Shown here piece by piece: positions 62,330 to 64,000 of a DNA stretch of 64,000 bases. The stretch is from Octopus sinensis. Taxonomy: Eukaryota. The position numbers and the translations under genes are program-made. The notes beneath the pieces were generated by a model. That model was given only the letters and a program-made list of their open reading frames with translations. It did not search any database and had not been told where the DNA came from. The DNA is taken from positions 45,136,001 to 45,200,000 of the forward strand of contig NC_043012.1 of the NCBI RefSeq assembly GCF_006345805.1, given 5' to 3'. Within the stretch, counting starts at the first letter, position 1, and every line of letters starts with the position of its first letter.

Positions 62330-62470
62330 ATGAGCTAGCAGAATCCTAAGATAGTCGAATAAAATGCTAAGTGGCATTTGTTCCGATTTATTGCGTTCTG
62401 AGTTCAAATCCCGCTGGCGTTATCTTTCCTGATCACTACTCGATAAAATAAAGTTCCAGTCAAGTAGTGA
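62330..62470 (+). mobile_element. Degenerate SINE family A
   Basis: gagctagcagaatc...aatgctaagtggcattt...ctgagttcaaatccc...tcgataaaataaagttccagt. Confidence 0.6.
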
Positions 62471-62552
62471 ACTGAAAGTAATCGTCATAAATGCTGGCCT
62501 CTTACCAAACTATTCCTGTTCTTGTTATTATTCTGCTTCATGTCGTTATTGT

Positions 62553-62625
62553 AGTAGTTGTTGTTGTTGTTGTTGTTGTTGTTGTTCTTCTTCTTCTTCT
62601 TCTTCTTCTTCTTCTTCTTCTTCTT
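62553..62625. repeat. (GTT)n(CTT)n compound microsatellite
   Basis: Directly visible. Confidence 0.95.
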
Positions 62626-64000
62626 CTACTAGTCCAGACTTTTGCAAATTACCCAGTGAATATATTGTGCAGCTCTATCATGCCTGTTGAGATACTCTTT
62701 AGGCGAAAGAAGGCTGCATATGGAGACAACATGATCAATGGTCTCATTTTGTTGTTTACATAAATGACATGTTGGGCTACTACCGTTCTTTAACATGTTG
62801 GCCTGGTAGTTCCTTATAGGTAAGCATTGATCTTGGGCTGCTATGATAAACCATTCTGTTTCTGATTTGAATTCAGAAGACACTAACCATTGTTGGGTAA
62901 GGGCTTTGTCAACATCAACACTATTAGCTCTATTTGGGTATTTGCCATTGAGAGGTTTTTCTTGCCATTTATCGGTAAGTATACCTTAGCTTTTTCTGTG
63001 CTTGCTTCCAGTACATCTAATTCTGGAATTTGTTGTATTTGGAATTCCCTTTGATACTCTTTTGCCTGTTTTGTTACTGAGTATAGTGCTTTCTTGTTTT
63101 CATGCTTTGACGCAAGTTTTAGCATCCTGCCATTATAGTTTTTCAGGTAGGTATTGAGACCGATTGTGGCAATCTTCATTGTTACTTTCAGTTGCAAGAG
63201 TTCACAGCCACCCTCATTTCTTGGCAGGTACAGTCGTTCTATATCTGCCTTATGTGGTGCAGTCTATGCATTGTCAAAAATTATCGTATTTTTCTGTCAA
63301 GATTACATATTTCAGTAATTGACTAGTTTATGATATTGAAACTGTAAGTCACGACTGTTATGGTTAAAGTATTGATCGCTTCGATTCTGTTTCTTGCAAT
63401 CAGCTCTGTCTTGAGTACTACCCTTACTCTACGATAACATTCTTTTCTGATACTTTCCCTCATCACTGAATGTTTGGGTCCATCACCATTAAATATCCCT
63501 GGGTATTTGTAGCTCTCCGCTGGTTCTAATTCCTTTATGACATTCTGCAGGTCAAGATTAACGTTGGATGTTTCTGTCATTTTTCCTCTGATAAAGGTAG
63601 CTTTTGCACATTAATCGAGGCCAAATTGTATTCTCACGTAATCACTGAATTGTTTAAGAATCGCGAGTAAGTCCTGCAGTTGTCGGTTATTTTTTGCAAA
63701 GAGTTTTAAATCATCCAAGTAAATGAGATGGTTTATATTTTTATCAAACATTTTATCGTTGTATTGTATATCATCGAGTAATTTCGAGAGAGGCATAAAT
63801 CGTAAACAAAAGAGGAGTGGTGATAGAGAGTCACCCTGGAAAATGTCTCAAGAACTACTTACATCCCCAGCATTGAGAGATCCATTGTCACTGTTCAATG
63901 TCAGTGTGGTTCTTCATGATCTCATACTTACAGACAAGACGTTACACAAAGTAGGTTCTATTTTATACATTTCTAGACATTTCTTAATCCAGCTATGTGG
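62625..64000 (-). mobile_element. R4/Dong element (same subfamily as 24871-26922): RT, thumb and CCHC; 3'-truncated; runs off the right edge
   Basis: FQGDSLSP, HLIYLDDLKL, KECYRRVR...INTLTITVVTYSF, IIAAQDQCL...CHLCKQQNETIDHVVSIC...RHDRAAQYIHW. Confidence 0.9.

Overview
AT-rich, microsatellite-saturated eukaryotic DNA with no recognisable host protein-coding gene, so probably intergenic or intronic. The two tRNA-headed SINE families match those I recall from octopus/coleoid genomes; this taxon call is inference and no search was run. The window holds: (i) at least nine fragments of R4/Dong-type non-LTR retrotransposons in (TAA)n arrays, including a dense nest at 22.5-27.8 kb; (ii) a Hero-like relic at about 11 kb and two Tx1/L1-clade relics (29.4-30.8 kb; 45.0-47.9 kb, the latter inside a (TATC)n array); (iii) a 1,606-bp Tc1 DD34E transposon with 224-bp IR/DR termini; (iv) a Penelope-like element (RT + GIY-YIG) at 54.3-56.0 kb and a second remnant at 58.1-58.8 kb. 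The most notable layer is non-coding. About six different repeat families carry minimal type-I hammerhead ribozyme motifs with palindromic stem III. These include a young 353-bp tandem retrozyme-like array (52.56-53.71 kb) and a roughly 340-bp palindromic element present twice (44.0 and 58.9 kb). The ribozyme core of that element is a compensated G3-C8 variant (GUGAACA instead of CUGANGA), and its centre is flipped between the two copies. All ribozyme calls are by eye and need folding and in vitro testing.
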